From Rickettsiales bacterium (GTDB taxonomy: Bacteria; Pseudomonadota; Alphaproteobacteria; Rickettsiales; RI-342), in contig JBIPLF010000001.1 of assembly GCA_044368015.1 (NCBI GenBank), positions 10,939-74,938 of the forward strand: a stretch of DNA of 64,000 bases, written 5' to 3'. A model generated the notes under the pieces. It did no database searches. It was not told the DNA's origin and saw only the letters and a program-made list of their open reading frames with translations. The position numbers were made by a program, and so were the translations under genes. Shown here piece after piece: positions 40,693 through 50,106 of the stretch. Position 1 is the stretch's first letter; every line of letters begins with the position of its first letter.

Positions 40693-41823
40693 ATGCCCCT
40701 CACCCTTGCCCAGGCCCTGATCCGCTGCCCCAGCATCACCCCGGAAGATGCCGGCGTGCTTGGCGTACTGGAAGCCGCCCTCACCCCGCTGGGATTCACC
40801 TGCCACCGCGTGCGATTTGAGGAAACCGGCACACCGCCGGTGGAGAATCTCTACGCACGCTGGGGGACGGCCTCGCCCAACCTTTGCTTCGCCGGACATA
40901 CGGATGTGGTGCCGGTAGGCGATGCAAGTGCCTGGACTTACCCGCCCTTCAGCGCCACGGTGGCGGATGGCGTGCTCTACGGGCGCGGTGCAGTGGATAT
41001 GAAGGGCGCGATCGCCGCTTTTGTTAGCGCCTGCCGGGAGGTCATCGCCAACTCCCCTCCCCAAGGCAGCGTCAGCCTGCTCATCACCAACGACGAAGAA
41101 GGCCCGGCGATCAACGGCACCCGCAAAATGCTCGACTGGTTGCGCGGGCGCGGCGAGCGGATTGACGCCTGCATCGTGGGCGAACCCACCAACCCCGATC
41201 AGATGGGGGAAATGATCAAAATCGGCCGCCGGGGAAGCCTCTCGGCACATCTAACCATCCACGGCACGCAAGGACACGCCGCCTACCCGGACCGCGCCGA
41301 TAATCCCGTGCGGCGGATGGTGCATCTACTCCACGCCCTGCAAACACATGGGCTGGATAAGGGCACGGATTACTTCGACGCTTCACGGCTGGAAATCACC
41401 AGCGTGGATGTGGGAAATCCGGCCAGCAACGTCATCCCCGCCAAGGCGGAGGCGCGGTTTAACATCCGCTTTAACGACCGGCACTCATCGGTGGGGCTGA
41501 TCGCCTGGCTGCATGAGGTGATCGCTCGCCATGCGCCACGCTATGATTTACGCCCCCATGCGAGTGGCGAGGCCTTCCTCACCCCACCCGGCCCGTTGAG
41601 CGAGCTGGTGGCCAGTAGCGTGGAGAAAATCACCGGTACGCGCCCGGTCCTCAGCACCAGCGGCGGCACCTCCGATGCCCGGTTCATCAAAGATATCTGC
41701 CCGGTGGTGGAATGCGGTCTCATCAGCCGCACCGCCCACCATATCGACGAATGCATCCGCGTGGACGAGCTGGAAATGCTAACGCGGGTGTATGTGGAAG
41801 TGCTGCTGGGGTATGGGGGATAG
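40693..41823 (+). CDS. dapE: Succinyl-diaminopimelate desuccinylase
   Basis: LI..PS.TP.D.G, FAGHTDVVP.GD...W..PPF, GRGA.DMKG..AAF, DEEG.A.NGT and GGTSDARF. The start is at MPLTLAQ (40693). Confidence 0.92.
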   Translation: MPLTLAQALIRCPSITPEDAGVLGVLEAALTPLGFTCHRVRFEETGTPPVENLYARWGTASPNLCFAGHTDVVPVGDASAWTYPPFSATVADGVLYGRGAVDMKGAIAAFVSACREVIANSPPQGSVSLLITNDEEGPAINGTRKMLDWLRGRGERIDACIVGEPTNPDQMGEMIKIGRRGSLSAHLTIHGTQGHAAYPDRADNPVRRMVHLLHALQTHGLDKGTDYFDASRLEITSVDVGNPASNVIPAKAEARFNIRFNDRHSSVGLIAWLHEVIARHAPRYDLRPHASGEAFLTPPGPLSELVASSVEKITGTRPVLSTSGGTSDARFIKDICPVVECGLISRTAHHIDECIRVDELEMLTRVYVEVLLGYGG

Positions 41824-41839
41824 CCTCTGCTTTGTCGCT

Positions 41840-42793
41840 TCAGCGGGAGCAGGCTCCGAAGGTAGGGGGCTTCACCGCAAGCATGGGAGGGGGGGGGAGG
41901 CGAAGAGGACCATCACCCTGCGCCATAACATCAAACTGCCCTTGTGGGATGCCTGCCGCCAAAAGCGCCATGTGTAACTGCTCCGGCTGGACATTGTGTG
42001 CCAGAGCAGCTGCTGTAAATTCACTCGGTAGGACACCTGCGTCGATGGCAACCTTGGCGGCTTGATCCAGTGTAAAGGGCAGTGGTGCGACGGGTGCGGC
42101 GACGGGTTCGGTTGATACAGAATGTATGACCCCTGCGATTGCTTTAGCCGATCCTCCAAAGGCAGAAAACTCGATAGGATACCCCGCAGCCTCGGATACG
42201 AGTGCGACCCCGTCCCGCAACAAGGCTCCTGCGGGAGTTCCGCCACCTATTCCTACCTCTAACAGAGTGGCCGTACTGGCAAGAAGCGCTTCAGCATATT
42301 TCCCTTCCTCCAGATACCCATACACCTCTACCCCCCCTCCCGCCGCGGCGCAAACAATTCCCACTCCGGGCAAAAAGTGCAGAGCGATTTTACCACCCGA
42401 CTTTTCACAAATTTCCATCAGGCACTGGCGGACGGCTGGTGTCTCAAGCGCTCCTCCTACTGCGCTAGATGCATCGGCAATGGCACCTCCGATATTTCCG
42501 TTACTGGCATTAATATAGGCGGAAATCGCATCGGATGCCACGCCAGCGGAGAGGGGTTTTGTTATTGTGCTGCCTGCTTGTGCGCTTGCCAGTATTGCTC
42601 CAAGCAATACCGATGCCTGATCTTCCAGTGGCAGGTCCTGCGATATCTCTATGGTTGCGATTTCATATCCGAGATCGGACGCAACCGTGATGCCAATCAT
42701 TGAGGATGCAGTGATGGCGGCGGCGGTGAAGGGATCCGCGCCCTCACCCGCATTGGGTGCCGGATTTGTTAACGGTTCAATATCGCCACCCAT
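41840..42793 (-). CDS. Hypothetical Ala/Gly-rich protein (317 aa)
   Basis: Long open frame with no signal peptide or known motif recognised. It is followed by an AT-rich patch (42795-42888). Confidence 0.45.
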   Translation of the reverse strand: MGGDIEPLTNPAPNAGEGADPFTAAAITASSMIGITVASDLGYEIATIEISQDLPLEDQASVLLGAILASAQAGSTITKPLSAGVASDAISAYINASNGNIGGAIADASSAVGGALETPAVRQCLMEICEKSGGKIALHFLPGVGIVCAAAGGGVEVYGYLEEGKYAEALLASTATLLEVGIGGGTPAGALLRDGVALVSEAAGYPIEFSAFGGSAKAIAGVIHSVSTEPVAAPVAPLPFTLDQAAKVAIDAGVLPSEFTAAALAHNVQPEQLHMALLAAGIPQGQFDVMAQGDGPLRLPPPPMLAVKPPTFGACSR

Positions 42794-42888
42794 AGACCTA
42801 CCTCAGGAGTTGTTTCCTGATGATAGGTTAATGCACGGCCGTTAAGTATTAATTAATGGGCGGCGGTTAAAAATTTATTAATTATGGT

Positions 42889-44049
42889 CTACCCCAGCCA
42901 CGCCACCAGACGGCGCATCGCCTCTTCGACGGAAGCACGGGTGCCGGCATAGGAAAATCGCACATACTTCCCACCATTCACCGTGTCGAAATCATGGCCG
43001 GGGACTGCGACCACCTGCGTATTCTCCAGCATCTGGCGACAAAAAACCGCACTATCGCCTGCCAGTTTACCGATGTTGGCGTAGATGTAGAATGCTCCCT
43101 CCGCTGGGGAAAGCTGCGAGAAACCGGCTTTCGGCAGGGCCTCCAGCATGATTTTACGGTTGGTGTCGTACTCCTGCACCGTGGCGTCCAGCTCGTCGAT
43201 GCAATCGAACACTTTGAGCGCCGCATGTTGCGGCAGCGCAGGCGGCGAGACAAAAAAGCTTTGTAGCAGCGACTCGTAAGAACGCACGAGATCGGGCGGG
43301 GAGACCACCCATCCCAGCCGCCAACCGGGCATCAGATAATATTTGGAGAAGCTGTTGATGATGATGCTCTCGTTGGAGAGGCTGCGGGCCGAAGGGGTTT
43401 TCACTCCATCATACACCATGCCGTGATAGATTTCGTCGGAGATCAGCCGCACATCCTGCGCCTTACACCAATGGGCGATTTCCTCCATCCGCTCAGCCGA
43501 AAGCAGCGTGCCCGTGGGGTTGGAGGGACTTGCCACAATCAAACCCTGAATGGGTGTGTCGAGTGCGCGGATGTCGTTCAGATCCGGCTGGAAATTATTC
43601 GCAAACGTGCCACGCAGCAGCACCGGCTCCAGACCCATTGCCACCAGCATGTTGCGGTAGGCGGGGTAGCAGGGTTCCACCAGCGCCACACGGTCTCCGG
43701 CATCGAACGCCGCCAGTAGCGACATCGCAAACGCAGCGGAGGAGCCAATCGTGATGAACACCTGCTGCCAGGGCACCAGCACGCCATAACGTTCGTAATA
43801 CATGCGGCCGATCCGCTCGCGCAGGGCGCGCATCCCGGAGGCCTCCGTATAGCCCAGCGGATCGCCGCTTTCCAGCCAGCGCTTGGCCTCTTCAATCACC
43901 GCAGCGGGTGCGCCCTTCCCCGGTTGTCCGAGCGAGAGGTGAACCGCATCGCCGCCGGTTTGGGCAATGTATTCATTGGCCTCGCGTAAGGCTTCCATAA
44001 CCAGAAACGGGGATATCGCGCCCCGGCGCGCTGCATGTAGTGCCATCAT
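42889..44049 (-). CDS. Class I/II PLP-dependent aminotransferase (aspartate/aromatic-like)
   Basis: SPSNPTGT, DEIYHGMVYDG and NSFSKYYLMPGWRLGWVV (PLP-lysine motif SxSK...GxR.G). Confidence 0.85.
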   Translation of the reverse strand: MMALHAARRGAISPFLVMEALREANEYIAQTGGDAVHLSLGQPGKGAPAAVIEEAKRWLESGDPLGYTEASGMRALRERIGRMYYERYGVLVPWQQVFITIGSSAAFAMSLLAAFDAGDRVALVEPCYPAYRNMLVAMGLEPVLLRGTFANNFQPDLNDIRALDTPIQGLIVASPSNPTGTLLSAERMEEIAHWCKAQDVRLISDEIYHGMVYDGVKTPSARSLSNESIIINSFSKYYLMPGWRLGWVVSPPDLVRSYESLLQSFFVSPPALPQHAALKVFDCIDELDATVQEYDTNRKIMLEALPKAGFSQLSPAEGAFYIYANIGKLAGDSAVFCRQMLENTQVVAVPGHDFDTVNGGKYVRFSYAGTRASVEEAMRRLVAWLG

Positions 44050-44125
44050 GCATTATGTATATCTATTGCAGCGCAGCATCTCAAGAGGGAAGTGAGGGGC
44101 ACAGGGCAAAGTCTATTCTTCTGGC

Positions 44126-44551
44126 TCATACACCGAAGATACCCGGAGCATCTGTACCTCGCGAGGTGGCTAGAACCACCGATGCGCGAGCATCGTCTGG
44201 AGTAGTGTTCGCAACAGCCAGTGTAGGATAGGAATCTAAGCTACCCAGACTACTAATCAGGCTGTAGGCTTGGCGGAACTCAACTTTAAATTTGTTTAGG
44301 TCGCCGACATCCAACTGTCCGTTGATTGCGCTTTCCACCACGGATTCAAGGTAGTCACGCAAGCCGCCTACCGTGGTGATTTGTTTCAATCCTTCAGGGT
44401 TATCCTGCACGAGATTCAGAAGAGCTGCCCCCCCCCCGCTTAATTCCAAGTCATTTCCGTACTGTGCGATGAGCTTATCCGCCAGTGCTTTCGTGACACT
44501 AAGCGAATTTTCGTAGGTAATTGGTTTGTTTTTAGTCTCTTCCCAGCTCAT
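44126..44551 (-). CDS. Hypothetical protein (141 aa), low-GC
   Basis: Open frame preceded by GGAGAGAG. No family recognised. Local GC is clearly below the window average. Confidence 0.45.
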   Translation of the reverse strand: MSWEETKNKPITYENSLSVTKALADKLIAQYGNDLELSGGGAALLNLVQDNPEGLKQITTVGGLRDYLESVVESAINGQLDVGDLNKFKVEFRQAYSLISSLGSLDSYPTLAVANTTPDDARASVVLATSRGTDAPGIFGV

Positions 44552-44652
44552 GGCTCTCTCCTTGTGAAAGACTTTATCAATATCAGATCACCATTCTGAC
44601 AGATAAACTTTAAGGTTTGATGAACGTTCTGCTGAGTCATCCGTTATCCTGC

Positions 44653-45786
44653 TTATCCCACATAGCGCTTCTGCACCCTGCCGCCGAGACGGGTGAGGAG
44701 TTCATACGCCACCGTGCCGATTTGGCTGGCGAGCAGGTCGGCCGGGCAATGCGGGCCAATCAGCTCCACTGCTGTTCCGGGTCGCAGCAGATCGGTTGGA
44801 ACCTCGGTGACGTCCAGTGTGACGAGGTCCATCGAGCCACGCCCCACGAGCGGGACGTGATACCCCGCCACCCATGCTTTGCCGGTATTGCCGAGCGCTC
44901 GGAAATAGCCATCGGCATATCCGGCGGCGACAATCGCCAACCTGCGCGGTGTGTCGGAGCTGTAGGTCGCGCCATACCCCACGGCTTCATCCGCCGGGAG
45001 GTCGCGCAGTTGCAAAATCGGCGCGGTGAGCACTGCCACCGTCTCCACCGGGCTGTGATGCTGCGGGGTGGGATTGATGCCATAGAGCGCCGCACCCGGA
45101 CGCACCATGTCGAAATGCGTGTGATCGCCGAGGAACATCCCCGCCGAGTTGGCCAGGCTCTTCCGCACGCCCGGAAAGCCAGCGATCATCCGTTCAAACC
45201 GGCGTTGTTGCAGCAGGTTGCGGGCGTTTTCGGGTGTGTCGGGACATGCGAGGTGGCTCATCACCAGCGTGAGGTCAATCCCCGACAGCAGGGTTGCATC
45301 TGCCTGAAGGGTAGCGAGATCGGTTTCGCTAAGGCCCAGACGGTTCATGCCCGTATCCAGTTGCAGGGCGGCGGGCAGCGGTTTGGCATGGATCGTCGCT
45401 TCCTGCCGCCAGATCGCGATTTGCTCCAGACTGGAAAGGACGGGGGTGAGCGCAAACGCCCGAATTGCCGCTACATCGCGCAAATGCGGGCCAAAGAGGA
45501 TGTAAATCGTGACATCCTCCTGCATCAGGGCGGCGCGGATTTCCACGCCCTCCTCGATGGTGGCGACGAAGAAGCTCCGGCAACCGGTTTCATAGAGCGC
45601 TTTGGCAAGCGGCACGGCGCCCAGACCGTAGGCATCGGCCTTCACCACGGCGGCGCATTCGGTTTGCCCGATGCGACGCGAAAGCGCCCGGTAATTGCGC
45701 TGCACGGCGCGAAGATCCACCGTCAGGACGGGGTATTCCTCCAGAAGCGCCGGAATGGCACGGGTGGGGTAACATGCATCGCCCAT
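44653..45786 (-). CDS. alr: Alanine racemase
   Basis: AVVKADAYGLGAVPLAKAL (PLP-lysine motif VVKA.AYGHG-like), the C-terminal YGATY....R.A.V..GYADG and G.VSMD-like (GRGSMDLV). The start at 45786 avoids overlap with dnaB. Confidence 0.9.
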   Translation of the reverse strand: MGDACYPTRAIPALLEEYPVLTVDLRAVQRNYRALSRRIGQTECAAVVKADAYGLGAVPLAKALYETGCRSFFVATIEEGVEIRAALMQEDVTIYILFGPHLRDVAAIRAFALTPVLSSLEQIAIWRQEATIHAKPLPAALQLDTGMNRLGLSETDLATLQADATLLSGIDLTLVMSHLACPDTPENARNLLQQRRFERMIAGFPGVRKSLANSAGMFLGDHTHFDMVRPGAALYGINPTPQHHSPVETVAVLTAPILQLRDLPADEAVGYGATYSSDTPRRLAIVAAGYADGYFRALGNTGKAWVAGYHVPLVGRGSMDLVTLDVTEVPTDLLRPGTAVELIGPHCPADLLASQIGTVAYELLTRLGGRVQKRYVG

Positions 45787-45790
45787 AGGA

Positions 45791-47266
45791 TCAGGCGTAT
45801 GCGCTGCGTTCGAGGTCGCCAAAAGCTGTAACATCGGATGTAAACTGTAGTTGAACGGTTCCTATAGGGCCATGCCGTTGCTTGGCCACGATGACATCGG
45901 CGATGCCATGCACTTTTTCCATCTCCTGTTGCCAGGTGAGGTGCGCGTCGGTGCCTTCGCGCGGTTCTTTACGGGCAAGGTAGTATTCGTCACGGTAGAC
46001 GAACATCACCACGTCGGCATCCTGCTCAATGCTCCCCGATTCCCGCAGGTCGGAAAGCTGCGGGCGTTTGTCGTCGCGCTGTTCCACCGCCCGCGAAAGC
46101 TGGGAAAGCGCAATCACCGGAATCTGCAACTCCTTGGCGATCGCCTTGAGGCCTTGCGTGATTTCGGAAATTTCCTGCACGCGGTTTTCGCCGGTATTCA
46201 CCGATCCGCGCATCAGTTGCAGGTAATCGACCACAATCAGCGACAGGTTATTCTGCCGTTTCAACCGCCGCGCCCGCGTCCGCATGGCGGAGATGGAAAG
46301 GGCGGGCGTGTCGTCGATAAAGAAGGGAAGCTGCGACAGTTCGCGGCTTTTCTCCAGCAGGGTTTGGAATTCATGATCCTGCAAATTGCCGCGCCGCAGC
46401 TTGGAGGAATTGATGCGCGTCGCAGAGGCGAGAATACGGCCAGCGAGCTGCTCAGACGACATTTCCAGCGAGAAAAACCCCACCGATGGCGCTTTGCCGG
46501 ATCCATTCTGCGAGCCATGTTTTTTGTGCAATGCCTGACAGGCATTATAGGCCATGCAGGTGGCAAGCGCCGTTTTACCCATGGAGGGCCGCCCGGCCAG
46601 AATCACCAAATCGGAATTCTGTAATCCGCCTAACAGCTTATCCAGATCGATAAAGCCGCTGGTGACGCCATTCACCATCCCGGCATTTTTCCACGCCGCC
46701 TCGGTACGCTCCATGGATTCGGATAGCGACACGCTGAGCGGTTGAAAGCTGCGGTCGCTCTGGCCGGTGACGGCAAGGGCAAAGAGCTTCTGCTCCACCT
46801 GCTCTAGTTGCTCGGTGGCGGTGCTGCCGGTTTTGGCATCGTAGGCGTGGTTCACGACCTCCTCGCCAATGCCGATGAGCTGACGCTTGATCGCCAGATC
46901 CTGCACAATCCGCGCATAATGGCCGCTATCGAGGATGGTGCTTGCCGCGCCCGCCAGCTTTACCAGATAATGCGCGCCGCCGAGGGTTTTCAACGCCTCA
47001 TCCTGATCGAACATGGGTTTCAGGGTAATGGGGTTGGCAATCAGCCCCTTATTCACGCAATGCTCCACGGCCTTGAACAGGCGTTGATGCACCGGCTCGA
47101 AGAAATGCTCCGGAACCAGCACATCCCCGACCTGATTCAGCACTTCGTTATTGATGAGCATGGAACCAAGAAGCGCTTGCTCTGCCTCAATATTCTGCGG
47201 CAACTCGCGATAGCCCAGCGGCGTATCGGTATCGGCATTCGCAGCGGTGAGCGGGGCAGTGACCAT
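45791..47266 (-). CDS. dnaB: Replicative DNA helicase
   Basis: PQNIEAEQALLGSML, Walker A AGRPSMGKTALA, VVDYLQLM, and LSQLSRAVEQR and RESGSIEQDAD. Confidence 0.96.
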   Translation of the reverse strand: MVTAPLTAANADTDTPLGYRELPQNIEAEQALLGSMLINNEVLNQVGDVLVPEHFFEPVHQRLFKAVEHCVNKGLIANPITLKPMFDQDEALKTLGGAHYLVKLAGAASTILDSGHYARIVQDLAIKRQLIGIGEEVVNHAYDAKTGSTATEQLEQVEQKLFALAVTGQSDRSFQPLSVSLSESMERTEAAWKNAGMVNGVTSGFIDLDKLLGGLQNSDLVILAGRPSMGKTALATCMAYNACQALHKKHGSQNGSGKAPSVGFFSLEMSSEQLAGRILASATRINSSKLRRGNLQDHEFQTLLEKSRELSQLPFFIDDTPALSISAMRTRARRLKRQNNLSLIVVDYLQLMRGSVNTGENRVQEISEITQGLKAIAKELQIPVIALSQLSRAVEQRDDKRPQLSDLRESGSIEQDADVVMFVYRDEYYLARKEPREGTDAHLTWQQEMEKVHGIADVIVAKQRHGPIGTVQLQFTSDVTAFGDLERSAYA

Positions 47267-47422
47267 GCCCTCCCCTATACACGAAAAACCACTGCCTGCC
47301 TATGGGGAAAGAAAGGGTAAAGAAATAATTTATGTCCACACGCCAATCAACAAGCGGTAGCATGTGCGGTAGGTAGCCCCTAAAAAACGAGACACTTACC
47401 AGGAGGATGCTTCCGCAGGTTC

Positions 47423-47513
47423 CGTCATTGCGAGGAGGCGTAGCCGACGTGGCAATCCAGCCAAAGAGCCGTTTTCTGGATTGCCGCGCTCGCGCTGCTC
47501 GCTCGCAATGACG
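47423..47513. repeat. REP/MITE-like palindromic element, family 1
   Basis: CGTCATTGCGAGGAGG...GGCAATCCAG..TTTTCTGGATTGCCGCGCTCGCGCTGCTCGCTCGCAATGACG. The right half is nearly identical to 9160-9204. Confidence 0.8.
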
Positions 47514-47571
47514 AAACCTACCATGCCTCCGTTACAAAATTCTACATTTCTACCATTCTGAAATTCTGACC

Positions 47572-48783
47572 TCACACCCGTCCCGCAATCCGCAGGCGCA
47601 ACGCGTTCAGCTTAATGAAGCCTTCGGCGTCGTGCTGGTCATAGACCTGATCTTCCTCGAAGGTCACATGCGCGGCGCTGTAGAGGCTTTTCGGCGCTTT
47701 GCGGCCGGTGACCGACACATTCCCCTTATAGAGTTTCAGCCGCACGGTGCCGGTGACGGGATGCTGGCTGGCGTCGATCAGGGCTTGCAGCATCTCCCGT
47801 TCCGGCGCAAACCAGTAGCCATTGTAAATCAGCTCGGCGTAGCGCGGCATCAGGCTGTCCTTCAAATGCGCGGCCTCGCGGTCGAGGGTGATGCTCTCCA
47901 GCGCCCGGTGCGCCTCCAGCCACACCGTCCCGCCGGGGGTTTCGTACACGCCGCGGGATTTCATCCCCACATACCGGTTTTCGACCAGATCAATCCGCCC
48001 AATGCCATGCCGCCCTGCGATTTCATTCAGTTTGGCGAGCAGCGAGGCCGGGCTATAGCCCACACCGTTGATCGCCACCGGGTCGCCCCGCTCAAAATCC
48101 ACCGTGATGGTTTCCGCTGCATCCGGCGCCTCTTCCGGCGAGACACTGCGGCGGAACATGGCGGGATTGGCCTCCTGCCAGGGGTCCTCTAAGTCTTTCC
48201 CCTCATAGGAAATATGCAGCAGATTGGCATCCATGGAATAGGGCGGTTCGCCGCGCTTGCTTTCCGGCACAGGAATCCCGTGCGCTTCGGCATAGGCGAG
48301 CAGGCTGGTGCGGGAATTCAATTCCCACTCCCGCCAGGGGGCGATGACGCGAATATCCGGGGCGAGGGCGTAATAGGTAAGTTCAAACCGCACTTGGTCG
48401 TTGCCTTTGCCGGTCGCGCCGTGGGACACGGCGTCCGCTCCCGTTTGGCGAGCGATCTCCACCTGTTTTTGCGCAATCAGCGGGCGGGCGATGGAGGTGC
48501 CGAGCAGATATTTCCCCTCATAGAGCGTGTTGGCGCGGAACATGGGGGCAACAAAATCGCGTACGAAGGTTTCGCGTAAGTCTTCGATGAAAATCTCCTT
48601 CACCCCCATGCTGAGGGCTTTCTGCCGTGCGGGTTCCAGTTCCTCGCCCTGCCCGATATCGGCGGTGAAGGCCACCACTTCGCACGCGTAGGTATCCTGC
48701 AACCATTTGAGAATAATGGAGGTATCCAGCCCACCCGAATAGGCAAGCACGACTTTTTGGACGGGTTTAGCGGATGATTTCAT
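47572..48783 (-). CDS. argG: Argininosuccinate synthase
   Basis: [24 protein letters not shown] and [13 protein letters not shown]; 403 aa. Confidence 0.96.
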   Translation of the reverse strand: MKSSAKPVQKVVLAYSGGLDTSIILKWLQDTYACEVVAFTADIGQGEELEPARQKALSMGVKEIFIEDLRETFVRDFVAPMFRANTLYEGKYLLGTSIARPLIAQKQVEIARQTGADAVSHGATGKGNDQVRFELTYYALAPDIRVIAPWREWELNSRTSLLAYAEAHGIPVPESKRGEPPYSMDANLLHISYEGKDLEDPWQEANPAMFRRSVSPEEAPDAAETITVDFERGDPVAINGVGYSPASLLAKLNEIAGRHGIGRIDLVENRYVGMKSRGVYETPGGTVWLEAHRALESITLDREAAHLKDSLMPRYAELIYNGYWFAPEREMLQALIDASQHPVTGTVRLKLYKGNVSVTGRKAPKSLYSAAHVTFEEDQVYDQHDAEGFIKLNALRLRIAGRV

Positions 48784-48817
48784 GGTTTGGTTCCTTTGTG
48801 TTCAGGCATTTCCACAT

Positions 48818-48929
48818 CTCTCCCCTCCCGCTTGCGGGAGGGGGCAGGGGGAGGGTGTTCTTTCAATAACAAAGTATCATTTGTTTGCGACACCCCCTCC
48901 CTAACCCTCCCCCGCAAGCGGGAGAGGGA
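48818..48929. repeat. GC-rich inverted repeat of the CCCTCCCGC..GCGGGAGGG type (intergenic copy)
   Basis: CTCTCCCCTCCCGCTTGCGGGAGGGGGCAGGGGGAGGGTG ... CACCCCCTCCCTAACCCTCCCCCGCAAGCGGGAGAGGGA flanks an AT-rich 33-bp spacer, between argG and the tauE-like gene. Confidence 0.8.
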
Positions 48930-48969
48930 ACTGTGCCGTGCAATTTGGAAAATACGATATATGCGTTCC

Positions 48970-49737
48970 TTATGAAAACTTCCCAAAATAATAGGCGCTG
49001 AGCAGAAACCCAATCGCCACCACAATACGTTTGAGTACCGGCTTAGAAAGCCGTTTCGCCATGCGTGCACCGGTATAGCCGCCCAGAATCGTTCCGCAAG
49101 CCACAATCAGCGCCGCGTGCCAATGCACCAGCCCGGCGATGGTAAACGACACCAGCGCGATGAGGCTCACCAGCATGCCGATCCAGTTTTTGACGGCGAT
49201 CATCAGATGCATATCGCGCATGCCGGAAAAGGAGAGGCTCGCCATCAGCATCACCCCCAGCCCCGCGCCGAAATACCCGCCATAGATTGCCACCAGCAGG
49301 TTGAGGGCGATCAGCCCCCTGTCGCGGAAGGCGAGGCTCGTGCTTCCCCATTCGCGTTGCTGTAACCGGGTAATCAGCGGATCGGCGCTTAAAAACAGGA
49401 GGGTCGCAAACAAAATCAGCCATGGCACCTGTGCCTGAAACGCGGCGTCATCCACCACCAGCAGCAGCAGCGCACCCAGCAACCCGCCACCAAGGGCAAT
49501 CAGGCTGTGCTGCCTCAAATGGGCGCGGTACGCCCATAATTCCCGACGGGCGGCAATCACCCCGGCGATATTCCCCGGCCAGACGGCGATGGTGCTCGAC
49601 GCATTAGCAGCGATGGAGGAAAGCCCCGCGCCCATCAGGGCGGGAAAGGTGAAAAACGTGCCCCCACCGGCGACGGCGTTCACCAGCCCGGCGGCAAAGC
49701 CGGAGGCCACCAACAGGAGGATAGTGAGAAAGCTCAT
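48970..49737 (-). CDS. TauE/SafE-family sulfite/anion exporter
   Basis: 255-aa polytopic protein. It shows the duplicated G..AG.....GGGG.....P motif (GFAAGLVNAVAGGGTFFTFPAL; GGYFGAGLGVMLMA). Confidence 0.8.
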   Translation of the reverse strand: MSFLTILLLVASGFAAGLVNAVAGGGTFFTFPALMGAGLSSIAANASSTIAVWPGNIAGVIAARRELWAYRAHLRQHSLIALGGGLLGALLLLVVDDAAFQAQVPWLILFATLLFLSADPLITRLQQREWGSTSLAFRDRGLIALNLLVAIYGGYFGAGLGVMLMASLSFSGMRDMHLMIAVKNWIGMLVSLIALVSFTIAGLVHWHAALIVACGTILGGYTGARMAKRLSKPVLKRIVVAIGFLLSAYYFGKFS

Positions 49738-49821
49738 AGGGTTCCGGGTAGCATCCGGAACGGGTGACAGGCAAGGGGAATATGGGGACGCTACATATAT
49801 ATGGTACGATATTGAGGAGTT

Positions 49822-50097
49822 CTAGGGATTAAAGAAGCCTACAAAATGGTCGTATAAAAGACATCCTATGGCAAATGTCATAAAAACGGTTGCGATAGCG
49901 AAATCAAACCATACCGCGAACAAAAATAGTCTGGGATATTGGCGGCGATGAATAGTGCGCGTACCCCTGAAGCCACGTACACAAATGCTTTTTCTTCTCA
50001 GATCTTTTTTGCTTTCGAGGAACAGCATCACAGCGATGGGGGAGCAGAGAAGAACGATAATCAGTAGCGGTTCAGAAATGGATTTAAGAGGTTGCAT
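49822..50097 (-). CDS. Hypothetical small membrane protein (91 aa), low-GC
   Basis: Two or three hydrophobic segments in an AT-rich pocket between nadE and the tauE-like gene. No family recognised. Confidence 0.35.
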   Translation of the reverse strand: MQPLKSISEPLLIIVLLCSPIAVMLFLESKKDLRRKSICVRGFRGTRTIHRRQYPRLFLFAVWFDFAIATVFMTFAIGCLLYDHFVGFFNP

Positions 50098-50106
50098 GAA
50101 GAGAAC

